A stretch of DNA of 64,000 nt from an uncultured Methylomirabilota bacterium. Lineage in GTDB: Bacteria; Methylomirabilota; Methylomirabilia; Methylomirabilales; 2-02-FULL-66-22. Below, one piece after another: positions 1-8,371 of this stretch. Positions within the stretch are counted from its first letter, which is position 1. Every line of letters starts with the position of its first letter. Below the pieces are notes generated by a model. The model saw nothing but the letters and a program-made list of their open reading frames with translations. It made no database searches and was not told where the DNA came from. Both the position numbers and the translations under genes were made by a program. Location: contig CAWJSJ010000001.1 of NCBI GenBank assembly GCA_963845565.1, positions 448,001-512,000 on the forward strand, in the 5' to 3' direction.

Positions 1-1068
1 GGCGAAAAGATCGTTCTGAACGTGGTGACCGCCGGCGACACGAACATGCACGAACTGCAAAAGAGCATCTTCGGTCCGGCGTTCAGCAAACAATTCCCAA
101 ATGTCGAAATCAACGCGGTTGGCAGCGGCCCGGGCGATCCGGGCAGTCGGGTGATCTTCCAGAAACTCAAGAGCCAGAAGGACGCCAACGTCGCCAAGTA
201 CGACATCGACGTGGCGGTGGTTCATCAGAGCATCATGCCGGACATGATCCAGAACGACCTGCTGGCCAAGTACGGCCCCGAGATCGCGACCTACAAGCTG
301 ATGACGGCGGCCAATGGGAAGAACGCCCTGGGTTTCAACGTGGAAGGCTTCGTCATGCCCATGTTCCAGAGCCAGGTGGTCCTGGCGTATAACCCGGACA
401 TGGTCAAGAATCCGCCGAACACTTTCGAGGAATTGGTGACGTGGATCAAGGCCAACCCCCGAAAGTTCGGATACAACGGGGTCAAGGGCGGCATGAGCGG
501 GACGGCCTTCGTCACCGGCTGGACCTACTGGAAGTCCGGGAAGTATGACCAGTACGCCACGGGGGCCTACGATAAGACCGCCCAGGCCGGCTGGCCGGCG
601 GCCATCAAGGAGCTGAAGACCCTTCCCGTGACGATGACCACCGGAAACAACGACACGCTCGACAAGCTGAATCGCGGCGAGATTGCCATGGGGCCGGTCT
701 GGGTGGATATGCTGATCAACATGAAGAACGAGAATCGCATGGATCCCAAGATCAGGATGAAGCTGATCGCCCCTGGCTTGCCCGGACAGCCGATGTACCT
801 GGTGGTGACGAAGAAGTCCCCGAATTACGAGATGGCCAAGAAGTACGTGGAGTTCATCACCTCGCCCGAGCAGCAGGCCAAAGTCGTGGTGGAGCGACAG
901 GGCTGGCTCCCCGGCATTGACTCCAAGCACGTGCTTTCGGTGGTCTCGCCGAAGGCGAAGGAGATGCTCTTTGGGGACATCCCGCCCGAGACGCTGGAGA
1001 AGAACGGGCTCGTCTTCCCGCAGCAGCAATACTTCAAGGATCTGCTGACCGCGTTCGAGGAGAACTGA
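1..1068 (+). CDS. ABC transporter substrate-binding protein (PotD/AfuA-like family), 5'-truncated by window edge
   Basis: Frame open from base 1. Motifs LAYNPDMV..PP.TFEEL..W.K.NP.KFGY and L..GEIAMGPVW. Followed by two permeases and an ATPase. Confidence 0.85.
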   Translation, partial: GEKIVLNVVTAGDTNMHELQKSIFGPAFSKQFPNVEINAVGSGPGDPGSRVIFQKLKSQKDANVAKYDIDVAVVHQSIMPDMIQNDLLAKYGPEIATYKLMTAANGKNALGFNVEGFVMPMFQSQVVLAYNPDMVKNPPNTFEELVTWIKANPRKFGYNGVKGGMSGTAFVTGWTYWKSGKYDQYATGAYDKTAQAGWPAAIKELKTLPVTMTTGNNDTLDKLNRGEIAMGPVWVDMLINMKNENRMDPKIRMKLIAPGLPGQPMYLVVTKKSPNYEMAKKYVEFITSPEQQAKVVVERQGWLPGIDSKHVLSVVSPKAKEMLFGDIPPETLEKNGLVFPQQQYFKDLLTAFEEN

Positions 1069-1092
1069 CAACCCCTGCACCCACGGAGACGC

Positions 1093-1123
1093 GGGCGAGG
1101 GGGCCTTATCCCCCTCGCCCTTT
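1093..1123 (+). terminator. 11-bp GC stem-loop after the SBP gene (partial terminator or mRNA stabiliser)
   Basis: GGGCGAGGGGG-ccttat-CCCCCTCGCCC followed by TTTC. Confidence 0.65.
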
Positions 1124-1127
1124 CATT

Positions 1128-1943
1128 ATGCGATTCTCAACGCGGATTGCTTGCCTGGTCATCGCCCTGCCCCCGCTCGCCATCGTGATCTGGCTGTTCT
1201 TTCTGCCTTTTCTGTCGTCGGCGCACCTCAGCCTGATACGCGAAGATCAGTGGAGCCTGCGGAACTACTATCTGGTCTGGCGTCTGTACAAGTACGACGT
1301 TCTGTACACGCTCTGGATCGCCTTCATCAGCTTGGTCGCGGTGCTGGGGATCGCCGTGTTTCTGTGCGGCTATCTCCGCCTTCACTCCAACAGGATGGTC
1401 GAGTTTCTATTCAAGATCCCGCTCTTCATCCCCTTCGTCGTCGTCGGCCACGCCATGCGGGTGCTCCTGGCCCCCAGGGGAACACTGAACGCGGTCCTGA
1501 GTCAGGTGGGCGCCATCAACATGAGCGACCCGCCCTCGATTGCGTTCGGGTGGATCGGGATTTCCGTCTCGCTGATCTGGAAGAACCTTGCCCTGGCGGT
1601 GCTCTTGGTCCTGGGGGCGTACCGATCCGTGGACGAGACGTTCCTGGAGGCGGCGCGTAATTTCGGCGCCTCCGGCTTCCGGCAGATCAAGGACATCCTG
1701 CTGCCGATGTCGAAGGCCTCCCTGGCGGTGGCAGGAGCCTTCATGTTCACTTCGATGCTGGCCTCGTTCTCGGTCCCTTTGATGATCGGCAGCGGCGAGC
1801 CACCCCAGATGGTGATGATCGACGTCTTCTATCGGATCAACTATCAGGGAGACTACGGGACCGCCAACGCCTTGGGGGTGGTATCGTACCTGATGGCCAT
1901 GGGGGTGGCGGGGTACTACCTGCGAACCATCTCGCAGAAGTGA
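1128..1943 (+). CDS. ABC transporter permease (PotB-like)
   Basis: About 6 TM segments, EAA loop EAARNFGAS. Confidence 0.9.
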   Translation: MRFSTRIACLVIALPPLAIVIWLFFLPFLSSAHLSLIREDQWSLRNYYLVWRLYKYDVLYTLWIAFISLVAVLGIAVFLCGYLRLHSNRMVEFLFKIPLFIPFVVVGHAMRVLLAPRGTLNAVLSQVGAINMSDPPSIAFGWIGISVSLIWKNLALAVLLVLGAYRSVDETFLEAARNFGASGFRQIKDILLPMSKASLAVAGAFMFTSMLASFSVPLMIGSGEPPQMVMIDVFYRINYQGDYGTANALGVVSYLMAMGVAGYYLRTISQK

Positions 1944-1951
1944 ACGGGATA

Positions 1952-2034
1952 GTGAGCTGTCAGCGTTCAGCATTCAGCGGTCAGCCACGACTCTGCGGCC
2001 ACTGTTGAACGCTGAGGGCTGACCACTGAGAGCT
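1952..2034. repeat. Intergenic palindrome of heptamer repeats (TCAGCnn x4 ... GCTGAnn-like x4)
   Basis: tcagcgt tcagcat tcagcgg tcagcca ... gttgaac gctgagg gctgacc actgaga. Confidence 0.75.
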
Positions 2035-2039
2035 TCGAC

Positions 2040-2834
2040 ATGATTCAACGGACGCTTCGGATGGCAGGCGTGGTCGCGGCGGCGGTGATCATTTTCGGCC
2101 CGCTCTCCAGCCTGGTCATCTGGTCTTTTGCGGAGAAGTGGTACTGGCCACATCTGTTCCCGCAGCAGGTGGGGTTCTTCTACTGGGCCAAGGTGCTGCA
2201 GGGGGATATGCTACGGGCGCTCACGGACGGATTCCTGATCGCCATCGTCGTCACGATCCTCACCCTGGTCATCACGATCCCGCTCGCCTATGTTCTGGCG
2301 CGCCTCCCGATTCCCTTCAAGCCGCTGATCCTCATGGTCTTCCTGTTGCCGCAGGCATTTCCACAACTCCCGGTGTTCGTGAACTCCACCACGTTGCTCT
2401 ACCGGGTGAACCAGGGCGGAAAGTTCTGGGGTGTCGTCTTGATCCATATGGTCGGCGCACTGGTGTTTGCGGTCTGGACCATGACGGCGGTCTTCAAATC
2501 GGTGCCCGAGACACTGGAAGAGGCCGCGATCAACCTGGGCGCCTCCCGTTTCAAGAGTTTCTATTCCGTGTCGCTTCCCCTGGCAACCCCCGGAATCATC
2601 GCCAGCACGCTGCTGGTGTTTCTCTATTCGCTGGACGAGTTTACCGGAACGCTCCTGGTGGGAAGTCCGTTCGTCCTCACGCTGCCGGTGTACATGTACC
2701 GGACGTCGGTCGGGTACGAGCTGCAGGTGGCTTCGATCAGCGCGCTCTTGCTGATGGTGCCGGGCATCGTCCTGCTCGTGCTCCTGGAGCGCTACATGAA
2801 ATCCGAGTACCTGTCGATGTTCGGACGGATCTGA
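2040..2834 (+). CDS. ABC transporter permease (PotC-like)
   Basis: TM segments, EEAAINLGAS EAA loop, FLYSLDEF motif. Confidence 0.9.
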   Translation: MIQRTLRMAGVVAAAVIIFGPLSSLVIWSFAEKWYWPHLFPQQVGFFYWAKVLQGDMLRALTDGFLIAIVVTILTLVITIPLAYVLARLPIPFKPLILMVFLLPQAFPQLPVFVNSTTLLYRVNQGGKFWGVVLIHMVGALVFAVWTMTAVFKSVPETLEEAAINLGASRFKSFYSVSLPLATPGIIASTLLVFLYSLDEFTGTLLVGSPFVLTLPVYMYRTSVGYELQVASISALLLMVPGIVLLVLLERYMKSEYLSMFGRI

Positions 2835-2839
2835 TTCGA

Positions 2840-2921
2840 AGAGCCGAGAGTGGAGAGCCGAGAGCCGAGAAGAGATTCCGAAGCCGAGACTCGAGCTCTC
2901 GGCTCTAACCGCTCGGCTCTA
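2840..2921. repeat. Intergenic palindrome of heptamer repeats (AGAGCCG units, then inverted CGGCTCT units)
   Basis: agagccg agagtgg agagccg agagccg ... ctctcggctct ... ctcggctct. Two more AGAGCCG units at ~3982-3996. Confidence 0.75.
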
Positions 2922-2931
2922 AAGGGGTGCC

Positions 2932-3972
2932 ATGGTTGAGGTCCGAGTCGAAAACGTCCGCAAGACGTACGGAAAGGTCGAAGCGCTGAAGGGCGCCTCG
3001 CTGACCTTTGCTAGCGGGGCGATGACGGCCATCCTGGGCCCGAGCGGCTGCGGGAAGACCACGCTTTTGCGAAGCATCGCGGGCTTCATTCAGGTGGATG
3101 AGGGCCGCGTTTTCCTCGGTGGCGACGAAGTAACGCAGCTTCCGCCCCAACGGCGGGGGACGGCCATGGTCTTCCAGAACTACGCCCTCTGGCCCCACAT
3201 GACCATCTTCGGGAATGTGGCCTACGGTCTGCGGCTGCAAAAAATCCCCGAGGGGGAGATTCGCCGACGCGTCCTCAAAGTGCTGGAGTTGGTCGAGATC
3301 GGGAACCTGTCCGACGTGGAGACCCGCAAACCCGCCGCACTCAGCGGGGGACAGCAGCAGCGCGTCGCGCTGGCGCGCGCGCTCGTGGTGGAGCCCAAGG
3401 TGCTCCTAATGGACGAGCCCCTGTCCAATCTGGACGCCAAGGTCCGGCAGCGCTTGCGGGCCGAGCTGCGCCGGCTGCAAAAACAGATTGGGATCACGGC
3501 CATCTACGTCACCCACGACCAGGAAGAGGCGCTGGCCCTTGCGGACACGGTGGTGCTCATGGATCAGGGGCGGATCGTCCAGACGGGCACACCGCAAGAC
3601 ATCTACCTCAAGCCCGAGACGGCCTTCGCCGCGGAGTTCCTGGGTGTAAGCAACCAGTTGGAGGCGGAGGCCGCCGACGGACGCCTTGTGGTCGCGGGAC
3701 AGACGGTGGCATACGCCGGGCCCGCGCGGGGCAAAGCCGTCATGATTGTCCGGGCCTCGGATATTCACGTCGAAGACCCCGCTGCCGTGGCACGCCCAGG
3801 AATGGTCACGTTGACTGGGGCCCTGGAGGAGAGCCTGTTTCTGGGCGCACACTACCGGCACTACATCCGGGTCGGTGACGTGATCGTGATGGCCGACAGC
3901 CCCGACCCCCGGCCTGCCGGTGCGGTTCGGCTGGTGATGCCGTCGGACAGGGTGCAGGTGTATGGGAAGTAG
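2932..3972 (+). CDS. ABC transporter ATP-binding protein (PotA-like)
   Basis: Walker A GPSGCGKT, LSGGQQQR signature, LLMDEP, YVTHDQ, C-terminal TOBE-like region. Confidence 0.95.
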   Translation: MVEVRVENVRKTYGKVEALKGASLTFASGAMTAILGPSGCGKTTLLRSIAGFIQVDEGRVFLGGDEVTQLPPQRRGTAMVFQNYALWPHMTIFGNVAYGLRLQKIPEGEIRRRVLKVLELVEIGNLSDVETRKPAALSGGQQQRVALARALVVEPKVLLMDEPLSNLDAKVRQRLRAELRRLQKQIGITAIYVTHDQEEALALADTVVLMDQGRIVQTGTPQDIYLKPETAFAAEFLGVSNQLEAEAADGRLVVAGQTVAYAGPARGKAVMIVRASDIHVEDPAAVARPGMVTLTGALEESLFLGAHYRHYIRVGDVIVMADSPDPRPAGAVRLVMPSDRVQVYGK

Positions 3973-4014
3973 GGAGCGCTTAGAGCCGAGAGCCGAGGAG
4001 GGCATGAGCCCGGA

Positions 4015-4152
4015 ATGAAAAAGAAAGCGGTCATCCTGGACACGCACCCCGGCATCGGCACGTCCGGGCCGGACGTTGATGATGGTCTGGCGATTGCCCT
4101 GGGCCTTCTTCGTCCAACCTGCAATCTCCTCGGGTCACCTTTCACGTATTGA
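4015..4152 (+). pseudogene. N-terminal remnant of an inosine/uridine-preferring nucleoside hydrolase
   Basis: MKKKAVILDTHPGIGTSGPDVDDGLAIALG resembles the IUNH N-terminal D-x-D-PG...DD motif. Stops after 45 aa. Confidence 0.65.
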
Positions 4153-4261
4153 GCGCCGGCTGGCCGGTTCCATGGTGGCGACGATTCCCATCGTGATCCT
4201 GTTCTTTGTGCTGCAGAAGTACTCCGTCCAGAGCGTGACCTCGACCGGGATCACGGGGTAG
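4153..4261 (+). pseudogene. C-terminal remnant of a carbohydrate ABC permease (MalG/UgpE-like)
   Basis: LAGSMVATIPIVILFFVLQKYSVQSVTSTGITG* is a typical sugar-permease C-terminus. No matching 5' part is present. Confidence 0.7.
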
Positions 4262-5059
4262 ATGGGCCTCCCGCCCGGCGTGGTCGGCGTCCGCTTCGCC
4301 CTGCCGCTGGTTTCGGGGCACTTCATCCGACGGCTGAATCGCTTTGCGGCCCTGGTCCGGGTGCAGGGGCGGGACGAGCGGGTCCACGTGCGGAACTCGG
4401 GGCGGCTGCGGGAATTGCTGACACCCGGTCGTCGTGTTCTCCTGGAGCCGGCGCGCGGCGACGGGCGGCGGACTCGGTTCACGCTGGCGCTGGTACGCCT
4501 GGCGTGTGGCTACGTCTCCGCCGATGCCCACCTGCCCAACGCGCTGGTGGAGGCGGGGTTGCGGCGGAACGCGGTGCCGGGGTGCCGCGGCTACCGGTTT
4601 CTGCGCCGGGAACCGGTCATGGGCCGAAACCGGGCGGACTTCCTCCTGGCACGGGGGGACGCGCGCTGCCTGGTCGAGGTCAAGTCGGTGACCCTGGTCG
4701 AGGAAGGTCTCGCGCTTTTTCCGGACGCCCCCACGGCACGCGGCCGCGTTCACCTCGAGCACCTGATCTCGGCACGCGGCCGGGGCGCGCTGGCCGTGGT
4801 TCTCTTCGTGATCCAGCGGAGCGATGCCACGGCTCTCGCGCCGAACTGGACAACGGATCCGGCATTTGCCGCCGCACTGACGCGGGCGAGACAGGCCGGC
4901 GTGCGGATCCGGGCGATGACCTGTCGCGTCACACGGGCCGGCGTGTGGCTCGCCGGGTCCGTGCCGGTGCGTTTCCGCGCTGGGAGTGGTTCGCCTGTCG
5001 GCAACCCCGTCCTGTGCGTGAAAGAGGTTGACACTAGAGCGCTCCGCCGACTAGGGTAG
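4262..5059 (+). CDS. sfsA: DNA/RNA nuclease SfsA (sugar fermentation stimulation protein)
   Basis: FIRRLNRF, HVRNSGRLRELL, RADFLL, VEVKSVTL, FPDAPTARG..HL, LFVIQR motifs. Confidence 0.92.
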   Translation: MGLPPGVVGVRFALPLVSGHFIRRLNRFAALVRVQGRDERVHVRNSGRLRELLTPGRRVLLEPARGDGRRTRFTLALVRLACGYVSADAHLPNALVEAGLRRNAVPGCRGYRFLRREPVMGRNRADFLLARGDARCLVEVKSVTLVEEGLALFPDAPTARGRVHLEHLISARGRGALAVVLFVIQRSDATALAPNWTTDPAFAAALTRARQAGVRIRAMTCRVTRAGVWLAGSVPVRFRAGSGSPVGNPVLCVKEVDTRALRRLG

Positions 5060-5071
5060 GCTGTTGTCAAC
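5027..5071. promoter_or_regulatory. Possible sigma70 promoter (TTGACA-N18-TAGGGT) within a GTTGACA...TGTCAAC inverted repeat
   Basis: GTTGACA at 5027-5033, TAGGGT at 5052-5057, TGTCAAC at 5065-5071. Confidence 0.35.
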
Positions 5072-5121
5072 GAAGATCCAAATAATGGCCAACCTATTTC
5101 GTAACGGCTCCTAAGCGCTCG

Positions 5122-5670
5122 ATGCGGGACAGCGTGGCGGGACGGACGGCGACAACGCGAGGCGGGACGGCAGTTCGGGTCCCGCGACTCTGGCCGATAG
5201 TCGGCATCCTGGCGACTCCGGTGGCCCTCGGGCTGGGGGTCTTCCTCCGCCGGTACCGGGGGGCGGATCGCACGGCCATGGCGCTGGGGGTTCTGGTCGG
5301 CGCTGGGATTTGTCTCGTCGTAGGTCTGGCCTGGTTTCAGCGCCGATTCGGCGGGACGAAAATGGACCGCCAGAGGTTGCGCTGGACGGGATTTCGCGTT
5401 GGGGCGATCGCGGGTGGCTGCGCGGGCGGCATCGGCGTGGTCCTCTTGGCGGTGCGGTGGGCCATCGATCAACTGGGCGGTCCCGTCGGTGAGCAGTTCG
5501 GCCCGGCGTTCCTGCGTGCGCTGCTGGCCCTCTGGTGGAAGACCCTTCCGGGTCTGCCGGCGTACCTGGCTGCCGGCATCGTGCTGGGAGGTGTGCTGGG
5601 ACTGGGCGTCGCCGAGGCGATCGGGGCCTGCGCGCGCCGAATCCCCAGCGAGGCACCCCGGGAAAAGTAG
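5122..5670 (+). CDS. Hypothetical membrane protein (~4 TM)
   Basis: Four Gly/Leu/Val-rich hydrophobic segments. Fills the gap between sfsA and the SEC-C gene. Start uncertain. Confidence 0.55.
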   Translation: MRDSVAGRTATTRGGTAVRVPRLWPIVGILATPVALGLGVFLRRYRGADRTAMALGVLVGAGICLVVGLAWFQRRFGGTKMDRQRLRWTGFRVGAIAGGCAGGIGVVLLAVRWAIDQLGGPVGEQFGPAFLRALLALWWKTLPGLPAYLAAGIVLGGVLGLGVAEAIGACARRIPSEAPREK

Positions 5671-5751
5671 CGGTTCTCCGGGTTTTTGATGAGTTCGCCG
5701 CGCGTCGTTGCCGCGCCGGTCGCGATCGCTCCCGTATAAGGATGACTTACG

Positions 5752-7158
5752 TTGTCAACCGTCCGGCTCCAGCGTCATGCCCCGTGTCCCTGCGGAAGCC
5801 TCCGCGCGCTCGCCGACTGCTGTCTGCCCTGGGAAGAGGCATTCCGACGCCTGGTCGCACGCCTGGCCGCGTTCGCCGCCGCGCCCACCGCGCGCCGGCT
5901 TGAGGGGCGCGCCGCGGCCGTGTTCTGGAATATCGAAGCACCCGACGACACCCCCCACGGCCGCAGCGCCGGGAGTGACGCCTGCTTTGCCGAATGGTTC
6001 CTGCACGACTACGTCGCACCGAAGCGAACGGGTCCGCTGCTGGGGGAGTTCGCCGACGGGGCGGACGGTTTGATCGGTCGCGAAGAGCGGTTGCTCTTCT
6101 CCATGCTGCTCACACCAATTCGAGCCTTCGAGATCGCGGAACCCCCGGGTCCTCGGGGGGTGGCAGTGAAGGATCTGTTGGCGGGATCCGAATGGGTGCT
6201 GGGGCCGCTCGGGGTGCCGGATGGGTTGATCCGGTCCGACGTGTGTATCGGTCGGCTGCTCCCGGTCGGGCGACTCGGGCGGCCCGGGATCGGCCTGCTC
6301 AGGCTTCCGCCGGGAAGTCAAGGGGAGTTGATGGCCTATCTCCGCGCCACCTACCGGTTGTCGCGGGCCGGCCGGCACGTGTCGCTGGAGGATTACGCCG
6401 ACAGGGCGGGGCACCTGTATCACCATTTTTTTCTCGATCGCGGACGAGAACTGGGTGGGCGCGCCCACCGCACCTGTCGATGGACGCCGTTCATCGCCGG
6501 ACAGATCCGGTACCGCGGGGACGAGACAGCGCGTATCCGGGCGGCGTTGAATCGCCAGCCCGAACTCGAACCGGTGACGGACTGGGAGGACGGAGCACGC
6601 TACCTCTGGCTGGACCCGGTGCAAGGCGTGACAGCGGGGACGGTTTGGTTTCGAGGGGACGAGATTCAAGCGTCTGCCGAGACCGAGGAGGATCTGGGAC
6701 GACTGGGCGGATTCCTCGAGTTGTGCTTGCGCGGTCTGGTGCGGCGAGAGCCGGCGGAAGCCGCGCCCACCGCACCCGTTGCTCCGGCAAGTGCGGCGCG
6801 ACACGGGGCGGGGTCGGCAGGAGCGGTCTTCATCCGGGGGTTCTTGGAGCGTTGGCCGGAGATGGCGTCGCCGACGCTCTCCGACGAGACCCCGCGGGAG
6901 GCGTGCCGATCGGCGGCCGGCCGCGAGGCGGTGGTCCAGCTGCTTCTTGGGCTCGAGCGGGACATGGCGCGCCAGAAGCGGCTCGACCGGGCGTGGGGCG
7001 AGATCGGACCGCTCTGGGAACGACTGAGCCTGTCGCCCCCGCCTCCGCAGCACGGATCAGCGGGCGAGGAGCGCGTGCCGTCGGTGACGCCACACCCGAG
7101 GTCGTCAAAACCGAGTGGTGACGGGCGGGCGGGCGGTCGGGCGTCGAAACGGACGTGA
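5752..7158 (+). CDS. SEC-C metal-binding motif protein
   Basis: N-terminal RHAPCPCGS....DCC (SEC-C/SecA C-terminal motif), F.EWF..DY motif, C-terminal W....PTL.DETPRE segment. Confidence 0.7.
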   Translation: MSTVRLQRHAPCPCGSLRALADCCLPWEEAFRRLVARLAAFAAAPTARRLEGRAAAVFWNIEAPDDTPHGRSAGSDACFAEWFLHDYVAPKRTGPLLGEFADGADGLIGREERLLFSMLLTPIRAFEIAEPPGPRGVAVKDLLAGSEWVLGPLGVPDGLIRSDVCIGRLLPVGRLGRPGIGLLRLPPGSQGELMAYLRATYRLSRAGRHVSLEDYADRAGHLYHHFFLDRGRELGGRAHRTCRWTPFIAGQIRYRGDETARIRAALNRQPELEPVTDWEDGARYLWLDPVQGVTAGTVWFRGDEIQASAETEEDLGRLGGFLELCLRGLVRREPAEAAPTAPVAPASAARHGAGSAGAVFIRGFLERWPEMASPTLSDETPREACRSAAGREAVVQLLLGLERDMARQKRLDRAWGEIGPLWERLSLSPPPPQHGSAGEERVPSVTPHPRSSKPSGDGRAGGRASKRT

Positions 7159-7192
7159 CGGAGTTGTTTGTATTCATCAGAGGAGAGGTCGC

Positions 7193-7492
7193 ATGGATCC
7201 AGTTCAAGAAGGAGTCGGGGGCGACCCGACGGCGTTCCAGCAACAGGTCGAGGCCGCCTTGGCCAAGGTCCGCCCGGCACTGCAGGCGGATGGGGGCGAC
7301 ATCGTGCTGGTGGCGGTGGATGGGCAGGACGCCCGGGTGCGCCTGAAGGGCGCTTGCCACGGGTGACCAGGCGCTCAGCGGACACTCCAGTTCGGAGTGC
7401 AGCGTTTTCTGCAGCACGAGGTGCCGGGCTTCGGGCGCGTGATCGACGACGCGGAGAACGACGAAGAAGACGAGTGGATTAAGCGGATGTGA
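7193..7492 (+). CDS. NifU/Nfu C-terminal domain protein, probable selenoprotein (GACHG-U-P)
   Basis: RBS AGGAGAGG at 7181-7188, ATG 7193. VRPALQADGGDI.LV...V.LKGACHG, then TGA (7364-7366), then PGAQRTLQFGVQRFL..EVP continues the Nfu fold. SECIS-like hairpin downstream. Confidence 0.8.
7371..7405 (+). promoter_or_regulatory. Candidate bacterial SECIS element
   Basis: Upper stem CACTCC(7383-88)/GGAGTG(7394-99). Loop AGUUC with G at position 2, starting 22 nt after the UGA. Lower stem CGCT/AGCG. Confidence 0.65.
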
Positions 7493-8342
7493 CGGGACCG
7501 GCGGCGCCTTCGGACGGCGAGGCCTCGTGGGTGTGGCTGTGTGCCACGGCGGGGTGGTCGTGCTCGTGCTCGTGCCAGAGGCCTTCGTGCGCGTGGCGGT
7601 GACGATGGATCAAGTTGGCCGCCCGGAGGATTGTCCGGTTCTGTAGGATGCGCTCGGGAGGATCGGAGGCGAGAATGCGCCGGTCCTCTCCGAACACCAC
7701 CACCCGGCCGGCGATCTCGGGGACGATGTGAAGGTCGTTGGTGGAGGTGACGACGGTTTTCCCCTGCGCCTGCGCCTCCAAGATAAGATCCACCAGGATC
7801 CGGCTGCTCCGGGGGTCCAGACCCGCCGTGGGCTCGTCGAGCAAGAGGACCTGCGGATCCACCGCCAACATCGCGGCCAAGGCGACCTTCTTTTTCTCGC
7901 CCCCCGAGAGCGCAAACGGGGGGCGCTCCGCCAGTCCACGCAGACCGAACCGGTCCAAACCCTCCTGCATCTTCCGGCGCACGGCGTCCGGCGGATCGTT
8001 GAACTGAAGGGGCCCGAAGGCGATCTCGTCCTCGACGGTCGGATTGAAGAGTTGGGCGTCCACATTCTGGAACAGGACGCCGACCTCCTTTCGGAAGAAC
8101 ATCCCAAAGGGATCGCGGGAGAGGAGGGACTCGGTGATCTCCCGTCCGAAAGCCCGATAGCTCCCCTGCTGGGCGAAGAGGAGTCCTGCGAGGAGTTTGA
8201 GCAGGGTGGTCTTTCCGCAGCCGTTCGCCCCCAGCAGGACCACCCGCTCCCCGGTGTCGACCGTCAAAGAGATGCCCGCCAGCGCCGGGATGTCCGGTGC
8301 ATACGCGTAGCAGGCCGAATCCACTTCCAAAAGCACAGACAT
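7479..8342 (-). CDS. nikO: ECF-type Ni/Co transporter ATPase (NikO/CbiO) with His-rich C-terminal tail
   Basis: GANGCGKT, LFQN.D.QLF.PTV.DEIAFGP, LSGGEKKK, LLLDEP. Tail HRHRHAHEGLWHEHEHDH. Start taken at MSVLLEV. Confidence 0.88.
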   Translation of the reverse strand: MSVLLEVDSACYAYAPDIPALAGISLTVDTGERVVLLGANGCGKTTLLKLLAGLLFAQQGSYRAFGREITESLLSRDPFGMFFRKEVGVLFQNVDAQLFNPTVEDEIAFGPLQFNDPPDAVRRKMQEGLDRFGLRGLAERPPFALSGGEKKKVALAAMLAVDPQVLLLDEPTAGLDPRSSRILVDLILEAQAQGKTVVTSTNDLHIVPEIAGRVVVFGEDRRILASDPPERILQNRTILRAANLIHRHRHAHEGLWHEHEHDHPAVAHSHTHEASPSEGAAGPVTSA

Positions 8343-8371
8343 TGGATGCCATCTCCCCTTCGTGAACGGGA

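Noticed and set aside
1952..2921. Short repeats considered as a CRISPR array
   Set aside because: The units are 7 nt with no unique spacers, and no cas genes are present in the window.
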